Shown here piece after piece: positions 63,146 to 64,000 of a DNA stretch of 64,000 nucleotides (positions are counted from its first letter, which is position 1; each line of letters opens with the position of its first letter). The position numbers were made by a program, and so were the translations under genes. The stretch spans positions 1 to 64,000 of the forward strand of contig JAVKOQ020000014.1 of assembly GCA_031835245.2 (NCBI GenBank). Reading direction: 5' to 3'. The DNA comes from Balamuthia mandrillaris (lineage: Eukaryota). Under the pieces are notes generated by a model. It had not been told where the DNA came from, did not search any database, and saw only the letters and a list, made by a program, of their open reading frames with translations.

Positions 63146-63937
63146 TTAGAACCAGGGCATAACGGGAGCAACCGTGCGTGCAGCGCTGTCAGCGTTGCCC
63201 CAAACCTCGTCCTCATAGACCTTCATCATTGGCTCCTCCACTCCTGGCCCCAAAGGACCCTCATCGGAATAGCCATACACATAAACAACGGTCAGAGTCC
63301 CTGCTCCTGTGGCCACAATGCTTTTCTCCCAGATCTTGGTCCTGCTCTCGTTGTCACCGCTCTCGCTGCCGTCCTGATCTCTGAAGAATAGAGTGAAGGT
63401 GAGCTCGGTGTTGTCCTCCTCTAACTCGTCCAGGTGATAGTATTCCTCACTGGCATCCTCCAACTCGAAGGTCTGGTCGGAAGTGGAGACCTGCAAGACT
63501 GTGTTGCCGCTGAATGGCGAGTCTCCGCCATGAAGCTGAATGAGGATACCGCCGTGATCTGGAGGTGCGGTGTTAACTCGGATGGCGCTAAACCCTTGGC
63601 CAACAAAAACGTCGTGGACGCCTCTGTAAACTGCCCAAGCCAGAGGCGCAATGTTGTCACGAAAGATATCCAAGTGCTGCTCCACGGTTCCGTTGGATTC
63701 AGCGATGCCCAGGGTGAAACCGGTGCAGGGCACCGGCTCGATGACTCGCTCCCCAAAGGGGATGGTGGCCCAGGGCTCCCCGTCCAACAGGATGGTCAAG
63801 GAGTCGTGAAGCGGAGAGGTGAAGGCGTTGAAGAAGGAGAGCTCACAGTCGCGAGGCGCGGCAGCGGAGACAGAAGAGGCCTCCAGCATGAGAATGGTGG
63901 TAAGAAAAGCAACCAAGTTGCGGGAAGAGACAACCAT
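63146..63937 (-). CDS. Secreted protein with two beta-rich repeats, DUF4397-like (intronless)
   Basis: Signal peptide; LSFFNAFTSP..LTILLDGE..TIPFGE and second unit LIQLHGGDSP..TLTVVYVYG resemble DUF4397 repeats by eye. Confidence 0.55.
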   Translation of the reverse strand: MVVSSRNLVAFLTTILMLEASSVSAAAPRDCELSFFNAFTSPLHDSLTILLDGEPWATIPFGERVIEPVPCTGFTLGIAESNGTVEQHLDIFRDNIAPLAWAVYRGVHDVFVGQGFSAIRVNTAPPDHGGILIQLHGGDSPFSGNTVLQVSTSDQTFELEDASEEYYHLDELEEDNTELTFTLFFRDQDGSESGDNESRTKIWEKSIVATGAGTLTVVYVYGYSDEGPLGPGVEEPMMKVYEDEVWGNADSAARTVAPVMPWF

Positions 63938-64000
63938 TTTTTATCTTATTTTTGTTTGTTGGAGAGCGAGGAGGAAACAGGAACAGTCTTGTGTGATGAT

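Overview
Eukaryotic, intron-rich and very gene-dense DNA with microsatellite-filled introns. The gene content and intron style suggest a free-living amoeba (Amoebozoa, Balamuthia/Acanthamoeba-like); this is inference only. The window has two compartments. (1) About 1-13.6 kb is a compositionally distinct, partly CpG-poor block. It holds a large orphan multi-exon gene and a spliced tyrosine recombinase (complete R-K-HxxR-W-Y catalytic set) fused to a C-terminal Myb/SANT domain and interrupted by one in-frame TGA. It also holds a 40-bp near-perfect palindrome and a second, C>T/G>A-eroded copy of the recombinase 3' end. I read this block as a candidate new tyrosine-recombinase (YR) mobile element. 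(2) About 14.4-64 kb is ordinary host genes: carboxylesterase, kexin-like protease, DEP-DUF547, EBP2, BTB, three GT8-like glycosyltransferases, MPG glycosylase, RUN-FYVE, enoyl-CoA hydratase, papain, L-type lectin, RhoGAP-SH3 and an FCP1-like phosphatase. The unusual genes there are three F-box fusions (to a pseudokinase, a pseudo-RasGAP and a TLDc domain) and intronless bacterial-type genes (Lnt-like, a Dps-like protein lacking ferroxidase residues, DUF4397-like). A palindromic TGTCGACA motif recurs in host intergenic regions. Exon boundaries were read by eye and no database searches were run.
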